Assembly (NCBI GenBank): GCA_902538705.1
Contig: CACBGD010000004.1
Span: 6,056 to 70,055 of the forward strand
DNA: 64,000 bases
Direction of reading: 5' to 3'
Source: an uncultured SAR86 cluster bacterium
GTDB taxonomy: Bacteria > Pseudomonadota > Gammaproteobacteria > Magnimaribacterales > D2472
A program made the translations under genes and the position numbers. Below the pieces are notes generated by a model. It saw only the letters and a list, made by a program, of their open reading frames with translations. It was not told where the DNA came from and did no database searches. Shown here in pieces: positions 8,852-18,642 of this stretch. Within the stretch, counting starts at the first letter, position 1, and every line of letters begins with the position of its first letter.

Positions 8852-9861
8852 TAAACAAAATTTATTTCAGTTGATTGCTTATTAACCACTTTTCCGATCA
8901 TATAGCTTTTAAATTTGTGTTGTGAGATAACTTTCATAGTTGTATTTAAATCTTTAGGATCAATAATTACAGTCATTCCAATTCCGCAATTAAATATTCT
9001 TAACATATCATTAATTTGGATATTGCCTAAATCTTGAAGAGTTCGAAAAAGAGTAGGCAACTTCCAGTTATCTAAATATATTTCAGAGGATAGATCTTTA
9101 GGTATTGATCTAGGTATATTTTCTAAAAGACCACCTCCAGTAATATTTGCAATTGATTTAACTTTTACTTTTTTCAATAAATCTAATATTACAGCTGTAT
9201 AAAGATGAGTAGGCTTTAAAGCAAGCTTAATCAATCGTTCTCTTTCGGATTTGCTTCTTAATTCTTTGATTAATTTATTTATCAATGAGAAACCATTAGA
9301 GTGAGCACCACTGGATTCAATTCCAACTATTAAATGATTCTTTTTAACATTCAAAGTGTCGATAATTAATCTTTTTTCAACAATGCCAACTGAAAATCCG
9401 GCTAAGTCAAAGTTTTTTCCTACATAGTGATTTGGCATTTCTGCGGTTTCTCCTCCTATAAGAGAACAATTAGACTTTTTACAGGCTTTTGCAATCCCTT
9501 TTATAACAGATGCAGTTTCAGTCACATTCAGTTTAGAGGTTGCATAATAATCGAGGAAAAAAAGAGGTTGTGCCCCAGACGTGACCATATCATTAACACA
9601 CATCGCAACTAAGTCTTGACCAATTGTTCCTAACGAAGAATTGCTTTGAGCCAAGGCAACTTTAGTGCCAACTCCATCTGTGCAAGCCACAAGAACAGGA
9701 TTTTTGAAACCTTTTGGCAAAGAGTAAAAACCTGAAAAGCTTCCAATATCTCCCAATACATTTTTATCAAAAGTTTTGGCTACATCTCCTTTGATTTTAT
9801 TTACTAAATCGTTTCCAGCTTTTATATCAACACCAGCTTTTTTGTAGGGATCATTTTTCAT
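8851..9861 (-). CDS. purM: Phosphoribosylformylglycinamidine cyclo-ligase
   Basis: YKKAGVDI...DGVGTK...GEDLVAMCVND-type motifs over the full AIR synthase length. Confidence 0.93.
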   Translation of the reverse strand: MKNDPYKKAGVDIKAGNDLVNKIKGDVAKTFDKNVLGDIGSFSGFYSLPKGFKNPVLVACTDGVGTKVALAQSNSSLGTIGQDLVAMCVNDMVTSGAQPLFFLDYYATSKLNVTETASVIKGIAKACKKSNCSLIGGETAEMPNHYVGKNFDLAGFSVGIVEKRLIIDTLNVKKNHLIVGIESSGAHSNGFSLINKLIKELRSKSERERLIKLALKPTHLYTAVILDLLKKVKVKSIANITGGGLLENIPRSIPKDLSSEIYLDNWKLPTLFRTLQDLGNIQINDMLRIFNCGIGMTVIIDPKDLNTTMKVISQHKFKSYMIGKVVNKQSTEINFV

Positions 9862-9889
9862 TATTGCTTCAGTACCTTAAAATAATTAT

Positions 9890-10885
9890 ATGCAGTCATT
9901 CATTGTAAAAAGTATTTTCCTATTCATTATCTTTTCTAATAATACTTTTGCAAAGGATTTCGATAATCTTTTTATAATAACCACAGAAATTGAAGCTGAA
10001 AACCTTGATAAATATATAGATCAATCTTTCAATAATCTTATATTTAGATTGTTAGGCTACAAAGATTTTGAAAAAGCAAAAATAATCAAAGGAAAATATA
10101 ATTCAAAGGATTTTCTTCAAAGATATGCCGTCGTAAACGTAAAGGAAAGTAAGTTTCTTCAAGCTTCATTTGATGAAGAGATTGTAATGAATCAATTTGC
10201 TGAAAATGGAGTGGATTTTATTGGAAGAAACAGACCAGTAATTTTTTTAGATATTCAAATTGATAATGGCTTCAATAAACCATTTAAAATGGAATCAATA
10301 CCATATGAAACAAAATTTGAGTCATCAATACAGAAAATTTTTCAAGATATATCGGAAAAACGAGGAATCTTTTTTGAATTCCCTCAAAACACAATAAATA
10401 TAGATAAAAAGAATTATTTTTTTGAAAATGATAATGATAATGAGTACAAAAAATATAAGTTTGATTATTTTGATTCAATCATTATTTCTAGATCTGGAAT
10501 TAATAACTGGTCGATAAATTTTAAAAATCAGATATTATTTTTTGAAAACACTGACGAAATTATCAAAAAAATTAAGAATTTATTTGAAAACCTCGCTACA
10601 GATTATCTCAGTGACTTCATCTTGGATAGCTCTCAAAGAATTATGATGATGAAGGTTACTGAAGTTTCCTCAGCTGATAAGTTGGATAATCTTTTAGATA
10701 TCCTTGATAAAATGATTTCCATCAAAGAGTATTCCATAACATCGTTTAAGCAGAACGAAATCTCCTTTTCTTTAAAAATCTTTGGGACAGAAGACCAATT
10801 CATACAGACTGTCAAAACACATAAAGATTTCTTGCTTGAAGAATATTCAACAGAATTAATTCAGGCATCATTAAGCACAATATGA
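9890..10885 (+). CDS. Hypothetical exported protein (DUF2066-like by synteny)
   Basis: Has a signal peptide. It is divergent from purM and upstream of a CDP-alcohol transferase and hda, an arrangement I recall for DUF2066 genes. Confidence 0.4.
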   Translation: MQSFIVKSIFLFIIFSNNTFAKDFDNLFIITTEIEAENLDKYIDQSFNNLIFRLLGYKDFEKAKIIKGKYNSKDFLQRYAVVNVKESKFLQASFDEEIVMNQFAENGVDFIGRNRPVIFLDIQIDNGFNKPFKMESIPYETKFESSIQKIFQDISEKRGIFFEFPQNTINIDKKNYFFENDNDNEYKKYKFDYFDSIIISRSGINNWSINFKNQILFFENTDEIIKKIKNLFENLATDYLSDFILDSSQRIMMMKVTEVSSADKLDNLLDILDKMISIKEYSITSFKQNEISFSLKIFGTEDQFIQTVKTHKDFLLEEYSTELIQASLSTI

Positions 10886-11430
10886 GAAATTACTTTAGAT
10901 TTATTCCTAATCTTATTTCTTTAATCAGAATATCATTAGTTATACCAATAGTTCTTAATCTACTCTCTGGTAAATATATTTTTGCATTAATTTTATTTGC
11001 CATTGCATCACTTTCTGATGCCATAGATGGTTTTTTAGCTAGATTTTTCAAATGGCAAACAGATTTAGGAAAAATACTAGATCCAGTTGCTGATAAATTG
11101 CTCATGATTGGCTCAATAACTGCTCTTTGGTTGAACCAAGTCGTTCCTTTGTCAGTTTTTATAATTTTTGTTTTAAGAGATTTGCTTATCCTTCTTGGTG
11201 CAGCATTTGAGATGTCAATTACCGAAAAAACTCCATCCCCAAATTTAATAGGAAAGATAACAACAACCTTTCAAATAATTTATATTTTAGTTTTGATAAT
11301 CTTTGAAATATTTAATGTGAACATAAACGTCCAGATTTTCCATATTTTAATAGGTTTTATTTCATTACTCAGTCTAATAAGTTATTTCAGATGGTGGCTT
11401 AATAATAATTTCATAAAACAAAATGCCTAA
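10882..11430 (+). CDS. CDP-alcohol phosphatidyltransferase family protein (PgsA-like)
   Basis: Carries the signature DAIDGFLARFFKWQTDLGKILDPVADKL (D-x2-DG-x2-AR-x8-G-x3-D-x3-D). Multi-pass membrane protein. Confidence 0.85.
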   Translation: MRNYFRFIPNLISLIRISLVIPIVLNLLSGKYIFALILFAIASLSDAIDGFLARFFKWQTDLGKILDPVADKLLMIGSITALWLNQVVPLSVFIIFVLRDLLILLGAAFEMSITEKTPSPNLIGKITTTFQIIYILVLIIFEIFNVNINVQIFHILIGFISLLSLISYFRWWLNNNFIKQNA

Positions 11431-12121
11431 TCCTCGCCAACTTGCTCTGCAAATCCAAATTAATGAGAGAGCATCTTTAAATAATTTCTTTATTTCTAAG
11501 AATAATAATAAGACTATTCAAATCCTTAAAAATATTCTACTCAACTCTGATAAGGGAGCTCAAATATTTATAGATGATCAAGATAGTAATGGAAAAAGTT
11601 ACTTGCTTCAGGCTATATGCAATGATTTTTCAAATTCTCATAATTCATCAATTTATATTCCTATGAAAGAGGCTATTAACCTTGATCCATCAATTCTGCA
11701 GGGGGTAAGTCAGCTAAATTTAATTTGTATCGATGATATTGAGCTTATTAATAATTATGGAAAATGGCAGATTGCGCTTTTTAATCTCATTAATGAATGT
11801 TATGAAAAAGAGAGCATTCTTTTATTATCTGGAAGCATTAATAAGCTTGAAGCAATTCCCGATCTTGTTTCTAGGATAAAAAAAATGGAAATACTTAAAT
11901 TAGAGGCCATTAATGATGATGAGCTATTAAAAGCTACCAAAGCGATCTCAAAAAATCTTAATATTGAGATTTCCCAAAAGAATATGAATTATCTAATAAA
12001 TAATTCTAAAAGGGATATTAAAACTATATTTAGGACTCTATCTCAACTTGAGAAAGAGTCCCTGGAAAGAAAAAAATCTATAGGCTTAAATCTTATTAAA
12101 GAAGTTATTCAAAATTCTTAA
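11423..12121 (+). CDS. hda: DnaA regulatory inactivator Hda
   Basis: 232 aa. The N-terminus PRQLALQIQINERASLNNF resembles the Hda clamp-binding/QL motif region. AAA+ core with a degenerate P-loop (NGKSYLLQAI). Confidence 0.75.
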   Translation: MPNPRQLALQIQINERASLNNFFISKNNNKTIQILKNILLNSDKGAQIFIDDQDSNGKSYLLQAICNDFSNSHNSSIYIPMKEAINLDPSILQGVSQLNLICIDDIELINNYGKWQIALFNLINECYEKESILLLSGSINKLEAIPDLVSRIKKMEILKLEAINDDELLKATKAISKNLNIEISQKNMNYLINNSKRDIKTIFRTLSQLEKESLERKKSIGLNLIKEVIQNS

Positions 12122-13949
12122 AACCACAATCAAAACAATAGGCAACTACGTATCTATCTTTTTCAGATAAGAATATCCTATTTAGCCCGCTTATCTCATT
12201 TAATACATCTTGAATCTGTGAGGGAAGTTTATTCTTAATTAATAAATTGAGATCAAACTCAAACTCAACCTCAGTGTTATAAGAAAAAACTTTGTAATCT
12301 TCTAACTCAAGTTTTGTAACCATTGAATCAATAGCATCATCTAAGGAACCTAATTTATCAACTAAGCCTAATTCCAGTGCTGTATCACCTCGCCATATTC
12401 TGCCACCAGCAAATTTAAGGACTTCCGAGTATTCCATATTTCTGTTGTTAGCAACCTTTGTCACAAATTCTTTGTAGAAATTCTCTGTATTTTCTCTAAA
12501 TTGTTTATTGAGCTCTTCATTCATTCCTTTTCTCAAATCATAAATATCTCCAGCTTTAGTCATGCTGACGCCGTCGTAATTTATACCAGCCCAGTTTTCA
12601 AGCGGGCTAACGTCTGGGACAATGCTGTAAACTCCAATTGAACCAGTAAGAGTAGTATCTTCTGCCCATATTTCCTCTGAAGTCGTTGTTACCCAAACAC
12701 CTCCAGATGCTGCAATATCACCCATAGATGTATACACAGGTCTACCAGTAGATTGGAACTCTTCTAATGCATTTGTAATCATCGAAGATGCATAAACATC
12801 TCCACCAGGACTATTAACCCTTAAAACAATTCCTTTTACATTCTTGTCATCTCTTGCTCTATTAATATTTTTAACAATTCCTCCTGAGCCCGCAGTATTA
12901 AAATCTATACCACCTGAAACAATTGCTCCCTCAACATGAATAATAGCAATCTTATTTTTATCTTGAGCTTTTTGTTGTTTTCTGCTTATTTCTTCGTCTT
13001 TAATAGTAGAAAGGTATTCTCTTCCAGTAATTCCCTCAGGCCACTCATAATCATCTTCGCTACCAAACTTTTCAATCATATAGTTTCTGATTTCTTGCTT
13101 TGTCATTAACTTATCAACTAAGCCAATTTCCAGTGCTGTTTCATTGTCATCACCACCATTTTCAGTTGCCAATAAATGATAATTATCACCAATATACTGG
13201 ATGGTGCCTGAATCAAAACCTCTTCCTGTTTCCATTTTAGCCTTATACTTTTCCCAAACTGGAGTTACGAACTCAACCCATGCAAGCCTATCAGTTTCTG
13301 ACATATCGTTCCTTGTATAACCTTCAGGACCTGATTTGAAATCACCAGCTGCATAAACATTCATATCCACTTTGATATTTTCAAAAAAATCTTTTTGATA
13401 TTGCCTTACTCTACTAAAACCAAATGGTAGGACAGATCCATAAGCATCTTTTTCTAGGATTACCTCAGACGCTTGAGAAGCCATTAGATAGTTAGTGGTA
13501 CCTAAACCGCTTGTATATGCAATTATTTCTTTTCCATTTTCCCTTGCTTTATAGAGAGCATCAGCTATTTTCAATGCAGAAGTGTAATAAGCTCTAATGC
13601 TATCAACATCAAGATAAATAGCTTTGAGATCATCATCAGTTCCAGCATGTTTTATTACTTTCAAGATATTTTCTAACTCAATTTGATTTACAGAGCTTCC
13701 AAAAATCTCGAACTCTTCAAATGGATCATTTCTGATTATTGCCTTATCTACGATAACTCCAGTAGGTTCTAAATAGAGAATTTTATCTTTTGTTTCTATT
13801 TCATCGGATTGAAATAAAGAATCTAAACTACCAAAAATACCCAAAGTGATGAGCAATAAAAGAAGAACTGTAAGAATATTTACAAACACTCTTCTGAATT
13901 TTCCAAGAAGATTATCTATAAATGCGATAATGCTTTTAGCTTTTTCCAT
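12105..13949 (-). CDS. sppA: Signal peptide peptidase SppA, 67K type
   Basis: N-terminal membrane anchor and two tandem S49 domains (RVNSPGGDVYAS...GDIAASGG). Confidence 0.9.
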   Translation of the reverse strand: MEKAKSIIAFIDNLLGKFRRVFVNILTVLLLLLITLGIFGSLDSLFQSDEIETKDKILYLEPTGVIVDKAIIRNDPFEEFEIFGSSVNQIELENILKVIKHAGTDDDLKAIYLDVDSIRAYYTSALKIADALYKARENGKEIIAYTSGLGTTNYLMASQASEVILEKDAYGSVLPFGFSRVRQYQKDFFENIKVDMNVYAAGDFKSGPEGYTRNDMSETDRLAWVEFVTPVWEKYKAKMETGRGFDSGTIQYIGDNYHLLATENGGDDNETALEIGLVDKLMTKQEIRNYMIEKFGSEDDYEWPEGITGREYLSTIKDEEISRKQQKAQDKNKIAIIHVEGAIVSGGIDFNTAGSGGIVKNINRARDDKNVKGIVLRVNSPGGDVYASSMITNALEEFQSTGRPVYTSMGDIAASGGVWVTTTSEEIWAEDTTLTGSIGVYSIVPDVSPLENWAGINYDGVSMTKAGDIYDLRKGMNEELNKQFRENTENFYKEFVTKVANNRNMEYSEVLKFAGGRIWRGDTALELGLVDKLGSLDDAIDSMVTKLELEDYKVFSYNTEVEFEFDLNLLIKNKLPSQIQDVLNEISGLNRIFLSEKDRYVVAYCFDCGFKNFE

Positions 13950-13957
13950 AATATTTC

Positions 13958-14161
13958 CTATTTATCAAAGTTACCTGTCAAAAAAATTTGCTCAACAGGG
14001 GTGTTAAAGAATTTACCTAACTTTAGTGCTAAAGGTAAACTCGGGTCAAATTTACCATTTTCAATTGAATTAATTGTTTGTCTACTTACATCTACAGAAC
14101 TACCCAAATCTGCCTGACTTAAACCCATTTGCTCTCTTAACTGCTTGATTGAATTATCCAT
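13958..14161 (-). CDS. XRE-family helix-turn-helix transcriptional regulator
   Basis: 67 aa with LREQMGLSQADLGSSVDVSRQTINSIENGKFDPSLPLALKL, a classic Cro/CI HTH. Confidence 0.9.
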   Translation of the reverse strand: MDNSIKQLREQMGLSQADLGSSVDVSRQTINSIENGKFDPSLPLALKLGKFFNTPVEQIFLTGNFDK

Positions 14162-14613
14162 TAGCCAATAAATTTTTTATGGAATCTATATCCACCAATT
14201 ATTGTTCCAAGAGCAAATCCAAGAAAATACTCATAAAAAGTTACTTGATAATCAATATATGGAGAAAGTATAGAAATTAGAAAACCAACAAAAAGGAAGC
14301 CGATAGCTCCATTACTAAGAACAAATTCATTATATCTGTTTAGAAATTCATCTTGCGTTGCAAAAAATTCTTTATATAACCAAGCAGCTATTAGCATAAA
14401 AGTTAGTGATAGGACTCTGACAACAACTAAAGCTGGAGATCGTGAAACTTCCTCAGTTACTTCAAAGCCAAGTCCACCTACTGCAGTTAGATGAACCCCA
14501 AAAAGAAGAGCTCCTACAAAGAGAAAGATATTACATAGTATGTATTTGCTTTTTGCATCTTTGTCTAAAGATTTAAGTTCTATCCACATTCCTTTATGGG
14601 TAATCTTAGCCAT
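14161..14613 (-). CDS. Hypothetical membrane protein co-transcribed with the XRE regulator
   Basis: About 4 predicted TM helices. The stop overlaps the regulator start. No family recognised. Confidence 0.55.
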   Translation of the reverse strand: MAKITHKGMWIELKSLDKDAKSKYILCNIFLFVGALLFGVHLTAVGGLGFEVTEEVSRSPALVVVRVLSLTFMLIAAWLYKEFFATQDEFLNRYNEFVLSNGAIGFLFVGFLISILSPYIDYQVTFYEYFLGFALGTIIGGYRFHKKFIG

Positions 14614-14719
14614 ATGAAAGAATTAAATATTAAATTAAGCTAATTAGAAGCGGTAAAAACTTCAATGCAAGTGCAGAGAAGCACCATATTGTTAGGGTTA
14701 TTAAAATGATCATGTAACT

Positions 14720-14749
14720 ATATTATGTCAAGTATGCTTGACATGTCAA
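14720..14749 (-). promoter_or_regulatory. Candidate sigma70 promoter with overlapping palindromic operator for the membrane-protein/XRE operon
   Basis: Minus strand: TTGACA (14749-14744), 18-nt spacer, TAATAT (14725-14720). The region contains ATGTCAAG-TATG-CTTGACAT (14725-14744) and the 12-nt perfect palindrome TTGACATGTCAA (14738-14749). Confidence 0.35.
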
Positions 14750-15078
14750 TTGCTATTTATATTTTTTGGTCCGTATAAAGCATTTATAAAAGCTACAACA
14801 ACTAAAACAAGTTCAGTAATATCAAAAGGTAATGGATTTGGAACACCAAAAACTCGCAAGCTTGTGAACATAAAATAAAGCAAGAGTAAAAATGCAAAGT
14901 ATTGATAGCTTCTAATTGATTTTTTATAGAGAAAAAAAGAAAAAGACAAGAGAGGAATTGCCCAAAAACTAAATATTAATAAGGGCAGTTTATATAGGAT
15001 TAAGATTACAAGTTTGTTAATAATTAAGAGATAAATTATTAATAAGCTAGAATTAGGGTATTGAAAAAAGCTAAACAT
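14746..15078 (-). CDS. Small hypothetical membrane protein (possibly DUF2069-like)
   Basis: 110 aa with 3-4 hydrophobic helices. The family suggestion comes only from size and a YKKSIRSYQYFAFLLLLYF-type segment. Confidence 0.4.
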   Translation of the reverse strand: MFSFFQYPNSSLLIIYLLIINKLVILILYKLPLLIFSFWAIPLLSFSFFLYKKSIRSYQYFAFLLLLYFMFTSLRVFGVPNPLPFDITELVLVVVAFINALYGPKNINSN

Positions 15079-15095
15079 GTCTCAAAATAGGCTTG

Positions 15096-15545
15096 ATGCG
15101 AAATTTTATAAAAATATTACCACTTTTTATACTCTTTTATTCTTGCAGTTCAGGCGATATCCATTTTAATAAGGCAAATAGCCAATTCAAGAATGACCTT
15201 GATGAAAATTGGATAGTTATAAATTATTGGGCTGACTGGTGTCCTCCATGTCTTAAGGAGATGCCAGAATTAGTTAATTTTGCTCAGTCAAATCCCGATA
15301 TTGAAGTATTTGCATACAATTTTGATCGTCTTGAATCAGAATACTTAGATCCTTTGATATTAAGATTTGGTGTTGATATTCCATCAATAACTTCCCACCC
15401 AAGAGAGATATGGGGCATAGAATCTCCAGAAATTTTACCTGCAACATATTTTATTAAACCAGGAGGCGAGGTTGTGCTAAGTCTTCTTACTCCTCAGACT
15501 GAGGCAAGTCTGCAGGAACACCTTGATAGTCTGCAAGGAGATTAG
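15096..15545 (+). CDS. TlpA-family thioredoxin-like thiol:disulfide oxidoreductase, probable lipoprotein
   Basis: WADWCPPC active site. Signal/lipobox-like LFYSC. ATG at 15096 is preferred over the TTG at 15093. Confidence 0.75.
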   Translation: MRNFIKILPLFILFYSCSSGDIHFNKANSQFKNDLDENWIVINYWADWCPPCLKEMPELVNFAQSNPDIEVFAYNFDRLESEYLDPLILRFGVDIPSITSHPREIWGIESPEILPATYFIKPGGEVVLSLLTPQTEASLQEHLDSLQGD

Positions 15546-16305
15546 CAGGGAAATCTTTTTTTAATACTATTTCTGGATTGATTCGATTTCCATTCATGTA
15601 AATTACCCAATGTAGGTGAGGTCCGGTCACTCTTCCAGTGGAGCCAATTTCACCAATTAAGTCACCTTTTTTTACAAAATCTCCAACTACTTTATGACTT
15701 TTGTTCATGTGGCTATAGGAAGTAAAAACATTGCTTCCATGATCTAAAACGATAATATTCCCACTATAAAAAAAGTTACCGACCAGAACAACTTTTGCAT
15801 CAAGGGGAGCAACAATAGGATCTCCATCAAATCCATCCAAATCTAACGCTAAATGAGGAGCTCTTGGAAGATCATTTATAAACCTCTTTTTACCAAAACC
15901 GCTTGTTATAGCTCCTTCGACTGGCCTTAAAAATTTCAAATCATTCAAATAAAAATTACTTTTTTTTGAAAGAACTGATTGTAATAGCTTTCTCTCTGTT
16001 GATGCTCTCTCTTGATCTGATAAGGAAGGATTTACAAGACTATCGTTATTAATTGTAATCCTCGATTCTCCATAATTTACAGGTGAAACTTTTATTTTCT
16101 TGTTATCTATTTCTAAAACTTTTTCCTCTAAAACATATGGCATACCAGCAATTACATAATTTCTTCCATCAATTTCAAACAGAAGATATTTATCCGATTT
16201 ATATTCCTTTGAGACGGGAAGTGCAAAAATACCACCAGAATCTCCCTCGTACGCAAAAGCAAACATGGAACTTGAGAGTAAAAATAAGGCAATATAATTA
16301 TTCAT
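15487..16305 (-). CDS. M23 family metallopeptidase
   Basis: Signal peptide. Contains HLALDLDG...SYSHM...GSTGRVTGPHLHWVIYMNGNRINP (HxxxD and HxH motifs). Confidence 0.88.
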   Translation of the reverse strand: MNNYIALFLLSSSMFAFAYEGDSGGIFALPVSKEYKSDKYLLFEIDGRNYVIAGMPYVLEEKVLEIDNKKIKVSPVNYGESRITINNDSLVNPSLSDQERASTERKLLQSVLSKKSNFYLNDLKFLRPVEGAITSGFGKKRFINDLPRAPHLALDLDGFDGDPIVAPLDAKVVLVGNFFYSGNIIVLDHGSNVFTSYSHMNKSHKVVGDFVKKGDLIGEIGSTGRVTGPHLHWVIYMNGNRINPEIVLKKDFPANLLADYQGVPADLPQSEE

Positions 16306-17659
16306 TCTTCTTTCCTACTTTTGCTCCAAAAGATCCCTTGGCTAATTTAGCAGTTATTTCTTCACCCTCACTAATTTGTGCAGAATCTTTAATTACGCTT
16401 CCTTCCTCATTAGTTATTAATGAATAACCTCGATCTAGGACATTTTGGGGATCAATCGATTGAATAACTTTTTTAAAAACAATAAGTCTTGATTGAGAGC
16501 TGCTTAAGAAAGATTGAATTGAAGTTTTTAATGATTGACGATTTTTTTGTAAAGCATTCTTTTTATCAAGAATTAAGTATTTGGGGTTTTCCATCATTAA
16601 AGTGTTTGTATTTTCATTAAAGGACAATTTAGAATCCAATATTTTTTTGTTAATAAGCATTTTTAATTTCTCATAAGTCGATAAAACAATCCTATTCTGT
16701 TCTTTTAAGGCATGAACAGGATGTTTTAGATGAGAACTTTGATAATCAAGAATCTGATTTTTATCTCTTAAAATGTTTCTGATTCTAGATACTAAATCTT
16801 TTGATATCTCTGAAAGCTTTTCGATGAGATTAAAATTAAACTCACTTACAATTTCTGCAGCTGCAGTAGGAGTAGGGGCCCTAAGATCTGATACAAAATC
16901 AGCAATAGTAAAGTCTATTTCATGTCCAACACCAGAAATGATAGGAATTTCAAAATAAAATATTTCCCTAGCTAAATCTTCATCATTAAAACACCATAAG
17001 TCTTCTATTGATCCACCACCTCTGCACATAAGAACGCAATCAATCTTATCTGAGGAGTTATTATTGTAATTTTGTATTCTTCTAAGAGCGTCAATGATAG
17101 TTTCAGATGCACTTTCACCTTGCACTGTTGCAGGACTTAGAGAAATTCTCATACTAGGAGCCCTTCTTTCAATTGTTGTTAAAATATCTTGTAATGCAGC
17201 TGTTGATGTTGAGGTAATAACAGCTACATGTTTTGGTGCTTCTGGAATAGGAAGCTTGTTTGCATCATCAAAGAGACCCTCATCCTTAAGTTTATTTTTT
17301 AGCTTTTCAAACTCCTGCATCAGGTTCCCCTGACCAGCAAGAATCATTTTCTTAGCAATGAGTTGGTAATTACCTCGCTGAATAAAGAGACTTATATTTC
17401 CTGACACAATACACTCGTCACCATCTTTGGGGTTGAAGTTTAGACCCATATTATTCCCCTTAAACATTGCACACTGAATTGAACCTTCATCATCTTTTAG
17501 AGAGAAATAAATGTGACCAGATGCAGGCCTTGCTAAATTTGAGATTTCTCCTATGACTGAAACAGCGGGGAAGTTACTTTCCAAAAGGAATTTTGCAGAT
17601 CTATTTAATTCCCCAACTGAGATTATTTCATTATTCTGCTCTACAATATCTTTGTCCAT
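16298..17659 (-). CDS. xseA: Exodeoxyribonuclease VII large subunit
   Basis: N-terminal OB fold (VSVIGEISNL...SGHIYFSLKD), CRGGGSIEDLW, and a long coiled-coil tail. The start is probably Met15 of the track ORF (MDKDIVEQ...). Confidence 0.9.
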   Translation of the reverse strand: MDKDIVEQNNEIISVGELNRSAKFLLESNFPAVSVIGEISNLARPASGHIYFSLKDDEGSIQCAMFKGNNMGLNFNPKDGDECIVSGNISLFIQRGNYQLIAKKMILAGQGNLMQEFEKLKNKLKDEGLFDDANKLPIPEAPKHVAVITSTSTAALQDILTTIERRAPSMRISLSPATVQGESASETIIDALRRIQNYNNNSSDKIDCVLMCRGGGSIEDLWCFNDEDLAREIFYFEIPIISGVGHEIDFTIADFVSDLRAPTPTAAAEIVSEFNFNLIEKLSEISKDLVSRIRNILRDKNQILDYQSSHLKHPVHALKEQNRIVLSTYEKLKMLINKKILDSKLSFNENTNTLMMENPKYLILDKKNALQKNRQSLKTSIQSFLSSSQSRLIVFKKVIQSIDPQNVLDRGYSLITNEEGSVIKDSAQISEGEEITAKLAKGSFGAKVGKKNE

Positions 17660-17676
17660 GCACAGAGTATAGCTAG

Positions 17677-18555
17677 ATGTTAAAAAATTTACAGGGAGCA
17701 AATTTCTTTTTAATACTTTCTTTAGGAGCCACGTTGATAGGATTTGCGCCAGTATTTGTTAAGTGGAGCGAGTTATCTTCTTCGGCTATATTATTTTGGA
17801 GAATGTTACTTGCATTACCTTTGCTTGCTTTCCTTAATTATTCGTTAAATAAAACTTTTATTTTCAAAGTCAAAAATAAGAATACTATTTTATACAGTGC
17901 AATAGCTTCTCTAGCTTTCACGACTGATCTAATCCTTTGGCACTTCAGTATGAATATAACTTCAGTGTCAAATGCAACGATAATTGTAAATTCTGCGCCT
18001 ATATTTGTAGCTCTCCTTGCCTTCATTATTTTTAAAGAACTACCAGCAAAAGGTTTTGGAGTATCCTTTTTAATAACCTACTTGGGAATAACTGGCCTCA
18101 TTATTTTTTCTAATAATTATACTAATGGAAAAATAGTTGGAGATTTGTTATGTATCATAGCTGCTGTCGGTTATGGGATATATTTATTGATAATTGCCAA
18201 GCTTGGAAAAGAAACATCTTTAAATTTAATATTTTATACCACTCTTTTCTGCTGTCTTTTTTCAATTATTCCTATGATGCTTGATTCAGGACTTAATTTT
18301 CCTAAATCGAATTTTGAATGGATAAACTTATTTTTGTTAGCTTTTATATGTCAATTTGGTGGCCAGTTTTTAATAACATATGCTATCGGAAAGATTTCAC
18401 CATCAAACGGTTCTATTGGGTTGTTAATGCAACCACTTACAGCAACAATTTTAGCTGCCTTCATATTTTCAGAATGGCTTAATCTTCCCCAAATTATTTT
18501 TGTAGTAATTACTCTTATTGGAATATATTTTGCAAGACTAAGCATAGCAAGATAA
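17677..18555 (+). CDS. DMT superfamily (EamA-like) transporter
   Basis: 292 aa with about 10 TM helices in two EamA-like halves. Confidence 0.8.
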   Translation: MLKNLQGANFFLILSLGATLIGFAPVFVKWSELSSSAILFWRMLLALPLLAFLNYSLNKTFIFKVKNKNTILYSAIASLAFTTDLILWHFSMNITSVSNATIIVNSAPIFVALLAFIIFKELPAKGFGVSFLITYLGITGLIIFSNNYTNGKIVGDLLCIIAAVGYGIYLLIIAKLGKETSLNLIFYTTLFCCLFSIIPMMLDSGLNFPKSNFEWINLFLLAFICQFGGQFLITYAIGKISPSNGSIGLLMQPLTATILAAFIFSEWLNLPQIIFVVITLIGIYFARLSIAR

Positions 18556-18604
18556 CTTATTTAAAAATACTGAGCATTTTTAATCTAAAAATAGAAAATT
18601 TCTT

Positions 18605-18632
18605 TTGTATAGTCTAAATTAGTCAATATAAT
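18605..18632 (+). promoter_or_regulatory. Candidate sigma70 promoter for the tRNA-Val/tRNA-Asp unit
   Basis: TTGTAT (18605-18610), 16-nt spacer, perfect TATAAT (18627-18632). The tRNA 5' end lies 11 nt downstream. Confidence 0.35.
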
Positions 18633-18642
18633 ACAACTCCAT

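Noticed and set aside
13958-14613. The membrane protein plus 67-aa XRE regulator pair as a toxin-antitoxin or abortive-infection module.
   Set aside because: The gene order, the multi-pass membrane protein and the lack of any recognisable toxin fold fit the common small membrane protein/HTH regulator pairs. Nothing in the sequence supports a defence role.
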